NCBI GenBank assembly: GCA_963713825.1
Contig: CAVQNG010000003.1
Location: 1,504,001 to 1,568,000, forward strand
Direction of reading: 5' to 3'
Length of the DNA: 64,000 nucleotides
From: an uncultured Acidobacteriota bacterium
Lineage (GTDB): Bacteria > Acidobacteriota > Thermoanaerobaculia > Multivoradales > JAHEKO01
Under the pieces are notes generated by a model. The model was given only the letters and a program-made list of their open reading frames with translations. It was not told the origin of the DNA and made no database searches. Each line of letters starts with the position of its first letter. Within the stretch, counting starts at the first letter, position 1. The position numbers and the translations under genes are program-made. Below are positions 1-9,969 of this stretch, one piece after another.

Positions 1-660
1 GGAGAAGGTCATGCCACTGGTGAACGAGGCGACGAAGCCAGTGCTCTCGCCGGGACTCAACGCAGCCTTCACCAGGCGAGCTTCCTTCTTGCCGAGCAGA
101 GTTCCGGAGTCACTGTAGAGCAGAACACTGAGGTTGATGCTGGTCGCTGGGTTGCGCCCCGAGTTACGCAGGGAACCTCTGACTTCCACCGTGTTCTCCT
201 CGACGTTGTAGTCCTCTTCCCATGCAGTCACCGCGAGACTGGAGCCCGTCTCGCCGGAGGTCGCCGGAACTGCTGCCGCTGATTCCTCCGCGGACTCCCC
301 GCGAGGAGTCTCCACATCGACATGGCGCACGTCGGCATCTGTGAGAACCATGACTGCCTGGCGCTTGACCGGTTCCTCAGTCTCTGAGGCATTGGCTGCT
401 GCGTTGACGATCTCCTGGGTATGAGCCTCGCTGGCCGAAAGGTTCACCTCGGACAGAGGAAGTGACGAGAAGACCCCACTCGGGCTGGTGAAGACCACCA
501 TCTCTCCTCTGACTTCCCAGGCTCCCCGGGTCTCGACGGCTGCACCATCGTTGGTCACCAGCCAATCGGCGCTCGCTGCTGAGCCGAAGCTCAGCAGCGA
601 GGCCGTCAGGAGAATCAGGCAGAGGACTCCTGCTGCAGGGTTTGAACTGGGTCCGTGCAT
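1..660 (-). CDS. Secreted protein with C-terminal FxLYD-like (Ig-like) domain, runs off window edge
   Basis: Not in the ORF track; translated by hand from the ATG at 660, which overlaps the PilY1 stop (TGATG): MHGPSSNPAAGVLCLILLTASLLSFGSAASA-DWLVT... (signal peptide) ...VEVRGSLRNSGRNPATSINLSVLLYSDSGTLLG...LSPGES. Open for 220 codons to position 1. Confidence 0.75.
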   Translation of the reverse strand, partial: MHGPSSNPAAGVLCLILLTASLLSFGSAASADWLVTNDGAAVETRGAWEVRGEMVVFTSPSGVFSSLPLSEVNLSASEAHTQEIVNAAANASETEEPVKRQAVMVLTDADVRHVDVETPRGESAEESAAAVPATSGETGSSLAVTAWEEDYNVEENTVEVRGSLRNSGRNPATSINLSVLLYSDSGTLLGKKEARLVKAALSPGESTGFVASFTSGMTFS

Positions 661-3600
661 CAAAAGTCCCTCCAGTTGGTTTCTACGGTGCAGATCGGGA
701 TCGCCGCCAGGAACTGGATTCCGGTGTCATCCCGCACCGCCTTGATGTTGATGGTGTAGTTGGCGAACCGGCAATCGTCGGGGAAGAGCTTGCGGATCTC
801 ACCCATGACCGATACCAGATCGTCCGGGATGTCATCGGCCGTCGGGCCTTCGTCGCCACTGCCACCCGGGTTCTTGGTCTGCCCGGTCTCGACGAAAGGT
901 GAGGACAGGAAGCCGCCCTCGATGACGAAGTACCGATCCAGGTTGTTCGGATCGTCCGAGGGGAGAAGTCCGCAGGCGCTCGTGGTATTCACCACGAAGG
1001 TGCGGCTGTCACCGCTACGGACGCAGACTCCGCCACCCTGGCCGATGCTCTGTTCCGGCTGATAGGTAGAGATGACGGTGACACCGGCCAATGAGAAGGC
1101 GCGATTGAGCGTCCGCTCTTCCTCCTCGAGCTCGATATACCAGCCCCACGGAGGCTGCCTCAGATAGTCGATATCGGCGCAAGGCGCGTCAGGATCGATC
1201 CTCTGGATGTCGAGTATCGTCAGAGGCAAGTCGCCGTTGAAGTAGTCCTCGCGGCTGAAGTCTCTATCCAGCAACATGTAGATGCGACCCGCCCGCTGCG
1301 TGACTTCCCAAAGGTCCTCACGATCGCCACCACCCCAACCGATCGAGTACTTGCCCAGGTCGGGTACGAAGATGACAGACGGTGGATAGTAGAACGGCAT
1401 GCCCGGATCCACGAAGACGGGGAAGGGATCCCACTCCTCGGCTATGATGCGGGGTCCAAGGCCGTCGTCCTCGAGTGCCTGCGGCATGGAGATGTCGACC
1501 TTGTACATGATTCCGACAGTCGTGCCGGCGTAGATGGTGTCGAAATAGCCGTTCTGGTCAGTGTCTACCGCGGCCACCTCCATGGGAATCGACCCTTCGA
1601 CGGGGCGCTTGTAGATCTTGCGTCCAGTCTCCATGTCGATCATGTAGAGGTGGTTGCCTTCCGCGTCGGCCATCCCCTTGCGCAGCGGGTCCATGCCTCC
1701 ACCGAAGATTGCAACGTGACGATCTTCGAGCGTAGCGCCACCGTCCACGGTGACGAGAATCCGCCCCATGACTGGCGCGCTCCAGGAGTCGCCAAGGTCG
1801 GCAATGCCATTGGCGTCGTCATCACACTGACCATCCAGTAGTGAGATGCCGCAGTCGGTGTTGTCCTCGAACTCCCAGAGTGTCGTCGCGAAAGGCAAGG
1901 TGCCACAGCCGACGCCACCATCCAGGCACGAGGGCACCCAGTTTCGAGAACCCGGCTCCGGCTCTGGAATCACCGGCGTGCCGTTGCAGGTATCCAGCGT
2001 GTCCGGTTGCGTGTAGTCGACGGCGAAGTAGCCCTTGCCTCCTTCTCGCATACCGCCCATGAAAACGGATCTCCACTCTCGATCGCTCTCGCTTGGAATT
2101 CCGTCGTGCAGCGGGTCGATGAAGATGTCGGCGTGGGACACCCTGCCATCGATGGTGAAATCGTGGTTCCCCAGGACCCGAAGGTCGTTCTGACTCGGCA
2201 GGGAGATGCGGGGCACATACGAAAAGAGCTCCGCCCCGGTACCACCGTCGAAGTCGCCCTGAAGGATCTGCTGTCCAGGAATCGTGCTGTTCTCACAACC
2301 GTTGCCGTTGAGTCCGCGCCAGATTCCGGCATCGAACGCATGCAACTGACCCGAGTTGGAGCCCAGCAGAACCATCTTGCGGCGCAGTTGCTGTTGGTTG
2401 AAGTAGCAGCGATAGCCGTTCGGTGATGTCCCGCAAGGGTCTTCCAAGGGCAGCGTGCCGCTGCCGCCCACGTCGGCCGTCCAGTACCGGAAATTATCCG
2501 GATTGCCCAGCACGACAGGGTCGGAGTGGAAGATGTCTCCCAACGCGAAGCGGATGTCGCTTCCGTCTGCCGGGTGTTGGGCGACCTTGACAGCGTGGAA
2601 GAAATCCAGCGTTGCGATCGCCTCATCTCGATTGACGGGATCCAACCCACATGCCGTGTCGAGTGCGTCGCAGATACCGTAGGCCGCCAGTAGATCGAGC
2701 CAGCCTGCGTCGTCGCTCGGGCGCTGGTAATAACTGCGGGTCCATGGAACCCCGACAGGGATTACTGGCACTGTGGGAGCCGGGCGCGCCGAGCGAGGAG
2801 CGATGTCATCGAACTGCGGGTAGTACACCCGTCGCTGATCTTCACTCAACCCCAGGTTGTAGTCACCCAAGAGGACCTGGGCGTCCGTTGGCGCCTGAGC
2901 AAGTAGCTCTTCTGCCGCGTTCCACAAGTGGCACTGGCTCTCCTCGTCCGGATCCTGGGAATCGGGACCGCAGCTCGCCGAAGGCCTGTTGTCCGGCACG
3001 AAGCGTGTTTCGGTCGTGCCATCCGGCATGTCGACGGTGATCTCGTAGGTCGGTACCGGTCGCAGGTAGGCGTCGAGACGCCCCGGCCATACCGGCTCCT
3101 CGAGAAGCGGAATGAAACTGGTCAGATAGGTCTTGTCCGGGGTGTTTGCCGAGGCCTGCGGCACGGCGGCTGCCGCGAAGGAGCGAGGCCGCGGTTGAAT
3201 CGCGACGATGATCTGCTTGAGAGCATCGACGAGCTCGTCCTCGTTGCCAGGGTAGATCGGCCCGGTCATGTCGATGACACCGTCCCCGTCGAAGTCGATG
3301 GCGTCGGTGCCGCCGTTCTTGGCAATGCAGTCCAGTGTGTTGCCTGCAACAGCCGCCAGCCCGAAGCCCACTACGAAGGTGCGCACATTGCGGCCGTCAT
3401 AGAGCTGGGTCGCGGCGGTGCAGGGTGCGCCACCGCAGGTTTCGTCACCGTCTGTGAGAATCAGGAGATTGACGGTTCGGCAGCCGAAGGTGGGATCACC
3501 ATCCGGAGTGTCGGCGACCAGCTTCCACTTGTCGTACCAGTCGATGAAGTCGTCCATGGAGGCACCGATTGGCGTTGAGCCAAAGGGGATCATGGGCGGT

Positions 3601-4871
3601 GTGTTTACGTACTCCGGCTTCAAGGAGAGCTTGTGGTTGGTGCCGGTCAGGTAGTCGGGGTGATCCTCGAAATACGGCGCCGAGCGCAGCTCGGGTATGT
3701 AGTTGGGATCGTCGGGATCCCAATCGGGGGCCAGGCGTCGCAAGATTGCGTCTTTGTTGGTGTTACCTGCGCCCCATATCACCGGATCCTGCCAGTCGAG
3801 CGGGATAATGTCACCACGACTGAAGACTGCACCTCGTCCATCCGGGTCCGCTACTGTGGGGATCTTGAGATTGATGCCAGCATCGACGTCGGTGCCCGAG
3901 TCCGTGTTGGGGTCCCACCCGTTGCACCAACCGCTGCTGTTATAGGTGTCGTTGACGTAGTTCCAGAAGCCGGCCGGATCGCCATTCTGGTTGGTTTGGC
4001 CCTCGATCTGCCAGATGAGGGCTTCGTTGGCTCCCTGCAGATCGCGCGGTGGGTTGCTGTAGTCCTGGTCGTAGTAGGGGCCGAACTCCACTACGGCTTC
4101 CTGTTCACCTCCCAGCCAGACCTGACAGTCATTTCTGGCCTCGCGGAACTTCAGCTTGGCCGTGAGATTCTGGTCGCCTATCAAGCCACTTTCCACCTGC
4201 TCCCAGGTGATCCGGAAGCGACGGCCTTCGTAGGACACCCACTCGTAGGTGGTCGTGGTGCCGGTATCCCCGAGTACTGGGAAAGTCAGCAACTCGCCGG
4301 CATCCTCGAGGCTTGTGTCCAGGCGCTGGGGAGAGCCGCAGGTGCCGAGCTGATCCCCATTGATCTCGCCGGCGGAGGCGTCCAGGTCGCAGGTAACGTC
4401 ACCGTCCCTGTCGTCCATGCAGTGGTCGCCAAAGAGCTTGGCCTGACCCGGTGCCGGGTAGGGAAGGGCACCGCCCCAGGGAGGCATTTCGGTGGCCTGA
4501 TACAGCCAGTGCTTGCGGTAGACCCGCACCCGGTCCTGGTTGTAGGTGCTGAAACCCCAATTCACGGCCCCTTCCAGCTCGGCGTCGGTAAGCACTCGAT
4601 AGAGAGCTGATTTGGCCTGGTAGAACTTGGAGGTGGGGTCGTCACCATAGGCTGGGGCGAACGAGTCCCTCGCCAATCCCAAGTCTTCGATTGGCGGCGT
4701 CCAGTTCATGGAGCCAGAGACGTCGAAGATGATGTGGAGGTAGGGTTCGCGTCCGGCCTCGCGGACCAGGTCGCGATCGTCAGCATCGAGGGATGCCGTG
4801 GCGGCAAACGACAGGATTGCCAGGAGACCCAGCGCCAGCCAGCGATTCGTATTGAGAGGTGTGGTTGTCAT
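660..4871 (-). CDS. pilY1: Type IV pilus tip adhesin PilY1/PilC-like with vWA domain
   Basis: 1403 aa; signal peptide; vWA MIDAS-like motifs (IFDVSGSM, LILTDGDETC); PilY1 beta-propeller motifs (LGDIFHSDP, GQLHAFD, GAELFSYVP, LGDSWSAP); Ca loop DTDQNGYFD; last of fimT-pilV-pilW-pilX. Confidence 0.9.
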   Translation of the reverse strand: MTTTPLNTNRWLALGLLAILSFAATASLDADDRDLVREAGREPYLHIIFDVSGSMNWTPPIEDLGLARDSFAPAYGDDPTSKFYQAKSALYRVLTDAELEGAVNWGFSTYNQDRVRVYRKHWLYQATEMPPWGGALPYPAPGQAKLFGDHCMDDRDGDVTCDLDASAGEINGDQLGTCGSPQRLDTSLEDAGELLTFPVLGDTGTTTTYEWVSYEGRRFRITWEQVESGLIGDQNLTAKLKFREARNDCQVWLGGEQEAVVEFGPYYDQDYSNPPRDLQGANEALIWQIEGQTNQNGDPAGFWNYVNDTYNSSGWCNGWDPNTDSGTDVDAGINLKIPTVADPDGRGAVFSRGDIIPLDWQDPVIWGAGNTNKDAILRRLAPDWDPDDPNYIPELRSAPYFEDHPDYLTGTNHKLSLKPEYVNTPPMIPFGSTPIGASMDDFIDWYDKWKLVADTPDGDPTFGCRTVNLLILTDGDETCGGAPCTAATQLYDGRNVRTFVVGFGLAAVAGNTLDCIAKNGGTDAIDFDGDGVIDMTGPIYPGNEDELVDALKQIIVAIQPRPRSFAAAAVPQASANTPDKTYLTSFIPLLEEPVWPGRLDAYLRPVPTYEITVDMPDGTTETRFVPDNRPSASCGPDSQDPDEESQCHLWNAAEELLAQAPTDAQVLLGDYNLGLSEDQRRVYYPQFDDIAPRSARPAPTVPVIPVGVPWTRSYYQRPSDDAGWLDLLAAYGICDALDTACGLDPVNRDEAIATLDFFHAVKVAQHPADGSDIRFALGDIFHSDPVVLGNPDNFRYWTADVGGSGTLPLEDPCGTSPNGYRCYFNQQQLRRKMVLLGSNSGQLHAFDAGIWRGLNGNGCENSTIPGQQILQGDFDGGTGAELFSYVPRISLPSQNDLRVLGNHDFTIDGRVSHADIFIDPLHDGIPSESDREWRSVFMGGMREGGKGYFAVDYTQPDTLDTCNGTPVIPEPEPGSRNWVPSCLDGGVGCGTLPFATTLWEFEDNTDCGISLLDGQCDDDANGIADLGDSWSAPVMGRILVTVDGGATLEDRHVAIFGGGMDPLRKGMADAEGNHLYMIDMETGRKIYKRPVEGSIPMEVAAVDTDQNGYFDTIYAGTTVGIMYKVDISMPQALEDDGLGPRIIAEEWDPFPVFVDPGMPFYYPPSVIFVPDLGKYSIGWGGGDREDLWEVTQRAGRIYMLLDRDFSREDYFNGDLPLTILDIQRIDPDAPCADIDYLRQPPWGWYIELEEEERTLNRAFSLAGVTVISTYQPEQSIGQGGGVCVRSGDSRTFVVNTTSACGLLPSDDPNNLDRYFVIEGGFLSSPFVETGQTKNPGGSGDEGPTADDIPDDLVSVMGEIRKLFPDDCRFANYTINIKAVRDDTGIQFLAAIPICTVETNWRDF

Positions 4872-4908
4872 GAGTAGCTACCTTTCTTGAAGGCTGTAGC
4901 CGAGTCGC

Positions 4909-5475
4909 TCAGAAAGCGAAATCGAGCCCCCCGCGATTGGGGTCGGTAAGTGCGTCTACCTTGGCAGTGATCGAGGAGGTCCAGGGTTGGAAGGACACCA
5001 GAACACTGAGGCGTTTCTGAGCCAGGGGGGTCGGGTTGGCTGGTGGAGCCGTTCCGGCTGGCCCCATCCAGGCGATGCGGGTGGCGGTCGAGGCCACCGC
5101 ATGGTTGATCTTGAAGAACGGCACGTCTTCATTGATCTGACAGAGATTGCACGGCGAATCGAGAATCGGCAGGAACGGTGAGACCTCTAGCCGATGGCCC
5201 AGGTGGACGCCAGCGCGGCTGTCAGGCTCTGCTACATCGATCTGAAATGAGCGGTGGTCTGGCAGTACGAGTGCCTTTGCCGTCGCCATGTCGATGCCTG
5301 AATTGGTGGCATAGAAAGCCGCCTGAGTCATCCTCTCGTTGGCTCCGATCTGGAGCTCGGTCTGAGTGACCAGAGACAGGGCGAGACCGACGATCGTCAG
5401 AATCAACAGCACCAGGAGTGCGAGAACATAGACGCTTCCCGTTTCGCGTCGCAGGGTTCTTTGGCTTGATCGCAT
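4909..5475 (-). CDS. pilX: Minor pilin PilX-like
   Basis: RRETG/SVYVLALLVLLILTIVGL leader lacking Glu5, followed by the PilX-type segment ELQIGANER..QAAFYATNSGI. Confidence 0.8.
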   Translation of the reverse strand: MRSSQRTLRRETGSVYVLALLVLLILTIVGLALSLVTQTELQIGANERMTQAAFYATNSGIDMATAKALVLPDHRSFQIDVAEPDSRAGVHLGHRLEVSPFLPILDSPCNLCQINEDVPFFKINHAVASTATRIAWMGPAGTAPPANPTPLAQKRLSVLVSFQPWTSSITAKVDALTDPNRGGLDFAF

Positions 5476-6794
5476 TACAGATTCCTCAAGTCGATGGTGG
5501 TCTGGAGCAAATGTCGACGGAACCGGCGCTCGTCGTCGTCGTTGATGGTGGCGAGCGGCGAGTTCTCGAGTCTCTGAACCTGGGGCGCCGCGTAGTGCCG
5601 GTCGATCGTCTGGATCTGGGCGACAGTGTTGATCCGCACGTAGTAGAGGCGGGGAGCCCGCGGAGCGCCGGGAATCGTGTCGTCCCAGGGCGGCACCCAG
5701 GGAGAATCGTTCGGGTCATCACCTGGGGCGTTGAACAGCCAGTCGTCGTCTTCGCCGTTCTCTGTTTCGGTGATGACGATGTCGATCTCGCCGTCGCCGT
5801 TGATATCGGTCTGCGGCGGACCGACGTCACTATCGAAGCCCAGAGCTACCTGGAGCTCCGAGATCCCATCGGCGATGTCCACCGCAGCGGCGTTGGGGTC
5901 GAGAGCGTTATTGACCGCGTCTGTGTTGGGATAGACGCGGGCGACGGCGAGGGATGGAACGGGGTCGGGATCGGGGTCCCGCACATAAATGCGGTACTCC
6001 TCGAGCATGCCGACCGTTGCGACAGAAGAGAGTGCGCTCGGCAGTACCGGGGAGCCAAGATTCCCGGAAAGGTAGAGCTCCCCGTACTCGGCCGTGTGGG
6101 CGCCGCTGTTGATCGTGAAGTCGATGGTGACCTGGGTCCCCGGTATGTCCACGTTGCTGCTGGCCATTAACTCGACGACTGCGTAAATGCTCTCGTCAAC
6201 GGGGCTGACTAGAACAAGGGCCTCTAGACTGCTATTGCCGATGGCGTCCTCGAGAGGTTGGAGGTTTTGAGGGATTCCCGTAGGACTGGGATTGCGCACC
6301 ACGATCTTGCCACGCGTCGCCGACTGCGGATCGGTGGTGAGGCCCCCGGCCGAGTCGTAAAGCTGGAACGAGATCGGATCGGCGTTGTTGACTTGATAGA
6401 TGGGCGTGGTGAAGACCCCTCGGATGCTCAGAACGTCGGTTCCCTCGACGACCTTGGACTCCGGTTGACCGGGTACCGCATAGGTGTCGGCCGGGACGTT
6501 GTCCTGGATCGACAAAGCCGGCAGCAAGCGGACCCCCGCATTGTTCAGAACGTCCTGCAGACCGCCGCGGCCGGACATCCGAATGAAACGGACCATCTCG
6601 TTCTGAGCGACGCGCAAAGACTGCTGCATGTCTGAAACCTGCGTCTGGATCCGCGCCACTTCGGTGTTCTTCTCGAAGATCTGGTAGAGGCCCAGCAGCA
6701 CGATGATCGTGATGCCGAGACTGACGATCAGCTCGATCAGGCTGTAGCCGCTGGCGCGACTCGATGACGTTGGGCGATGTGGTGAGTGCCTCAT
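5475..6794 (-). CDS. pilW: Minor pilin PilW-like
   Basis: Prepilin site SG/YSLIELIVSL; QQSLRVAQNEMVRFIRMSG; IADGISELQVALG; C-terminal TTIDLRN. Confidence 0.8.
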   Translation of the reverse strand: MRHSPHRPTSSSRASGYSLIELIVSLGITIIVLLGLYQIFEKNTEVARIQTQVSDMQQSLRVAQNEMVRFIRMSGRGGLQDVLNNAGVRLLPALSIQDNVPADTYAVPGQPESKVVEGTDVLSIRGVFTTPIYQVNNADPISFQLYDSAGGLTTDPQSATRGKIVVRNPSPTGIPQNLQPLEDAIGNSSLEALVLVSPVDESIYAVVELMASSNVDIPGTQVTIDFTINSGAHTAEYGELYLSGNLGSPVLPSALSSVATVGMLEEYRIYVRDPDPDPVPSLAVARVYPNTDAVNNALDPNAAAVDIADGISELQVALGFDSDVGPPQTDINGDGEIDIVITETENGEDDDWLFNAPGDDPNDSPWVPPWDDTIPGAPRAPRLYYVRINTVAQIQTIDRHYAAPQVQRLENSPLATINDDDERRFRRHLLQTTIDLRNL

Positions 6795-6809
6795 ATTCGA
6801 TCGCTCCCT

Positions 6810-7442
6810 CTAGAAGGCCTTCAGGCCGCGCAGACGGATATCAACCGGCTCGCCGGCGATGGCGCGCTCAGCCTGGCTCTCGATCTGGACGTCGACTTCC
6901 TTGAGATGGATGGCCCCAGGCAGACTGCCGCCGGCCAGGGGATTGTCGAGATAGCCGTCGTAATCGGCATCCTCGAGACCGATGATCTGGTCGATGATGC
7001 CGTCCAGGTCGTTGTCGATGACTCCGTTGATTCCGAACTGACGGATCGTCGTGGTTCGGTCCCAAAGTCCGAGCTCACCGACGGGAACCGTGTCCAACCA
7101 TTTCTCGTCGCCGACATAGTCGGGGTCGGGCCGGGTCCAATACTGTTGAACGACTGTCTCGGTTCCGGCAGTGATATCGAGCTCCGGGTTGTTGAATCGC
7201 ACCTGCTTGAAGATCTCGAGCTCGGAACGCCCATGGTTGCTCACCTGGGTCGACTCCCGTCCCTCGACGTTCTCCATGATGGAGCGCATGAACAACGGCA
7301 GGAGTCCGACCAGCACGACCAGAAGCAGGCCGGCGGCCACCAGAAGCTCGAGCAGCGTGAAGCCCTTGCCGGCGGAGCGCGACGGGCCGCGCCGCCTTCC
7401 TGGCGCCGCAATTGGGTGGTTAGTGCATCTCGACATCAACAT
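6810..7442 (-). CDS. pilV: Minor pilin PilV-like
   Basis: Prepilin site KG/FTLLELLVA; start moved to ATG 7442 (GGAGG RBS upstream) from the track start 7694; lies between fimT and pilW. Confidence 0.7.
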   Translation of the reverse strand: MLMSRCTNHPIAAPGRRRGPSRSAGKGFTLLELLVAAGLLLVVLVGLLPLFMRSIMENVEGRESTQVSNHGRSELEIFKQVRFNNPELDITAGTETVVQQYWTRPDPDYVGDEKWLDTVPVGELGLWDRTTTIRQFGINGVIDNDLDGIIDQIIGLEDADYDGYLDNPLAGGSLPGAIHLKEVDVQIESQAERAIAGEPVDIRLRGLKAF

Positions 7443-7461
7443 TCGAATCCTCCAATTCCTG

Positions 7462-8094
7462 CTAGAGCCATACCCAAGGCTTGTCATTCTGGTTTCGAGT
7501 CTGCCAGTCGCCCAGGTCCGGGTCCCACTTCCGCATCTGGACCCGGGCCGTAGCTGCCGGCTGGACGCGGATCTCGAGAAAATTCCCTCGTCGGTCGCTA
7601 TAGCGAACGGCGCCGATATCTCGGATCGAGCCGTTGGGGTCGAAGATGGCGATGGGCTCCGTTCCGTTGTCCGTGAAGAGCCTGATCGGACCATCGGGGT
7701 CAGCGGGAGGGGCCTGGAATAGGACGTTCTCCGGCAACCCGTACCGACCGAGCTCGTAGTCCGTGGCTCGATGGGGCTCTCCCGCCACCGGGTTGTAGAA
7801 CATGTCGGGTGGAGTGGCGACAGCCACGCCGTCCACGTCGGCGAACGCGACGACTTCGTTCCTGGCCAGATCGAAGCGCACCACGGTGGGGACGTTCTGT
7901 CGGACCGCTTCGGACCTCGCCCGCTGCATCAAAACGGAGGTTTCGCGTGCGATACCTTCCAACTTGGCACGGTGAATGACGCGAATCAGATTGGGAATGC
8001 CGATCGTCGCCATGATGCCGATGACGGCGACGATGACGATCATCTCGATCAGGGTGAATCCAGACCGCGGACGTTGTCTGCTGCTCCGATGCAT
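7462..8094 (-). CDS. fimT: Minor pilin FimT/FimU (GspH-like)
   Basis: SG/FTLIEMIVIVAVIGI, LMQRARSEAVRQN, IFDPNG; start ATG 8094 with AAGGAG RBS. Confidence 0.8.
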   Translation of the reverse strand: MHRSSRQRPRSGFTLIEMIVIVAVIGIMATIGIPNLIRVIHRAKLEGIARETSVLMQRARSEAVRQNVPTVVRFDLARNEVVAFADVDGVAVATPPDMFYNPVAGEPHRATDYELGRYGLPENVLFQAPPADPDGPIRLFTDNGTEPIAIFDPNGSIRDIGAVRYSDRRGNFLEIRVQPAATARVQMRKWDPDLGDWQTRNQNDKPWVWL

Positions 8095-8127
8095 ATGCAA
8101 GCTCCTTTTCCGGACGGGTACGTTCAA

Positions 8128-8143
8128 AGCAAGGGCAGTGCCA
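8128..8143 (-). promoter_or_regulatory. sigma54 (-24/-12) promoter of the minor pilin-pilY1 operon
   Basis: Minus strand TGGCACTGCCCTTGCT matches TGGCAC-N5-TTGC, 34 bp upstream of the fimT ATG. Confidence 0.85.
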
Positions 8144-8253
8144 GATGTCCAGAGCTCTGGCGTGAGAGGGATAAGCACTTTTATGGCAACAGTTTGAGTC
8201 GTTTTCCGTGGGTTCTGGGCGGTGTCGCGCCTTCTCTTGATTCTGTTACCTAT

Positions 8254-9969
8254 CTACCCAAAAACGTCAACAGGGAAGGAGAGAGTGACTTTGGTGCCGC
8301 CACCCGAACGGGCCTCGAGCTCGACGGTTCCGCCGTGCAGGGTCACGATACGGTGGGTCAAAGAGAGCCCTAAACCGACGCCGTCCGGACGGCCCGTAAC
8401 GAAGGGCTGAAACAATCGCTCACGGACGTTGCTGGGAAGCCCAGGGCCCCGGTCTTCGATGACGAGGTCGACCTGTCGCTGGCCGCTCTGCAATCGCGCT
8501 TGAATGGGCTCTACGACACCGATCCCCGACTGAGCCTGGGTGGCGTTGTGCAAGAGGTTTCTGACGGCTCGCTCCAGAAGCTGAGAATCTCCCTGGAGAA
8601 TCAGGGGAGTCGATCTGGCGATCTCGATCTCGACGGCTGACCCTTCGAGGGCAGGGTCGGCGGCTGCTCGGCGGACGACCTCGACCAGATTCACCGCTTC
8701 GATGCGCGTTGTTTCCGGTCGGGCGAAGGCCAGAAAGTCCTCCAGGACTCGCTGCAGGTGGTCGCTCTCTCTGCGAATCTCGCTCAGGAAGTCCGTGATC
8801 GACTCCTTCTCGGGTCTCCGCTCGATCAGCGTCAGGTAGCCGCGCAATGTCGCCAGGCTGTTGCGAAGCTCGTGCGCGAATCCGGCCGCCAGCTCGCCGA
8901 GTTGCGCCAGACTCGTCGCCAGCTGTTCCTGATCAGCCAGCCGCTGTGTTTCTGTCAGGTCGACGAACAGAACCAGATGGCCGCGTACCGCCCCGTCGTC
9001 CCGACGCAAGGCGTGGACGGTCAGGCCGAGCAGTCGGCTGCCTTGCGAGGTCTCGATGACGACCTCCTGTCGCGGCAATCCGGTCGCCTGGTCGACCGCC
9101 TTGGCCAAGGCATCGCAGAATGAGGCGTGGTGGGCCAGATAGTCCGTCGCGGCAACTGGCTCGGGAGGTGGGTCGATCTCCAGCAGCTCTGACCCTACTG
9201 GATTGAGTGCCAGCACGAGGCCGCCCTTGTCGAGCAGCAGAAAGCCGCTTTCCAAACTGGGTGCAAGAGTCCGCTGGAGTACCGCTATGTCGTCCTCGGT
9301 AGCCTCGTGATCGGGCTCGCGAAGCGACGCCATGGCCTTCTCGACGGTGGTGATGAGGAAGGTCACCTCGTCCTCGTCACCCGGTTCTCCTCCCAGGGTA
9401 CGGGCCTGCCGCAGAAGGGTGTCGAAGGGTCGAATCAAATTCGGTAGAAAGAGCAGCACCAATCCCATCAACGCCACGTCTACTGGTAGCACGACCCAGA
9501 GCAATCGTTGTGCGGTCCGCCGTTGACGGTCCAACTGATTGGCGGGCAGATCGATCCGTAGGACTCGGGCGCTCTCGGTTCCTTCCAGAGGAGTGAAGGC
9601 GACGACTACAGGTCCCACCTGGGCGTTGGGTCCGATGGCCGATGTCTGGGATAGCTGGGGTCCGGTTCCGAAGTCACCATAGGACACCAATGGGTTTCCC
9701 TGGTGGTCGATGATGGCGATGCTCTGAGCCCTTGGAGCGCGGCGATGGAGAGTGGCTTGAGTAGGCAGTGGGCCCGTAGCAAGAGTCGAAGCCAGCTGGC
9801 GCGCCAGAGTCGATGCTTCGATCTGCCGTTCCTCGATCAGAAGCTGGACTCCACTCCGATAGCTCAGAACGGCAAAACCGGAGAGCAATACGAGAAGGAA
9901 GAGTATCGCCGGCAGCAGAACGGCGACCTCCCGCCTGAGGCCCAACTGAAACCAGCGTGATGGCATCAT
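8254..9969 (-). CDS. Membrane sensor histidine kinase (NtrB/PilS-like, PAS-like + HisKA + HATPase)
   Basis: Two TM segments; H-box AHELRNSL; N-box NLLHNA; DRGPG; FQPFVT; GVGLGL. Confidence 0.9.
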   Translation of the reverse strand: MMPSRWFQLGLRREVAVLLPAILFLLVLLSGFAVLSYRSGVQLLIEERQIEASTLARQLASTLATGPLPTQATLHRRAPRAQSIAIIDHQGNPLVSYGDFGTGPQLSQTSAIGPNAQVGPVVVAFTPLEGTESARVLRIDLPANQLDRQRRTAQRLLWVVLPVDVALMGLVLLFLPNLIRPFDTLLRQARTLGGEPGDEDEVTFLITTVEKAMASLREPDHEATEDDIAVLQRTLAPSLESGFLLLDKGGLVLALNPVGSELLEIDPPPEPVAATDYLAHHASFCDALAKAVDQATGLPRQEVVIETSQGSRLLGLTVHALRRDDGAVRGHLVLFVDLTETQRLADQEQLATSLAQLGELAAGFAHELRNSLATLRGYLTLIERRPEKESITDFLSEIRRESDHLQRVLEDFLAFARPETTRIEAVNLVEVVRRAAADPALEGSAVEIEIARSTPLILQGDSQLLERAVRNLLHNATQAQSGIGVVEPIQARLQSGQRQVDLVIEDRGPGLPSNVRERLFQPFVTGRPDGVGLGLSLTHRIVTLHGGTVELEARSGGGTKVTLSFPVDVFG

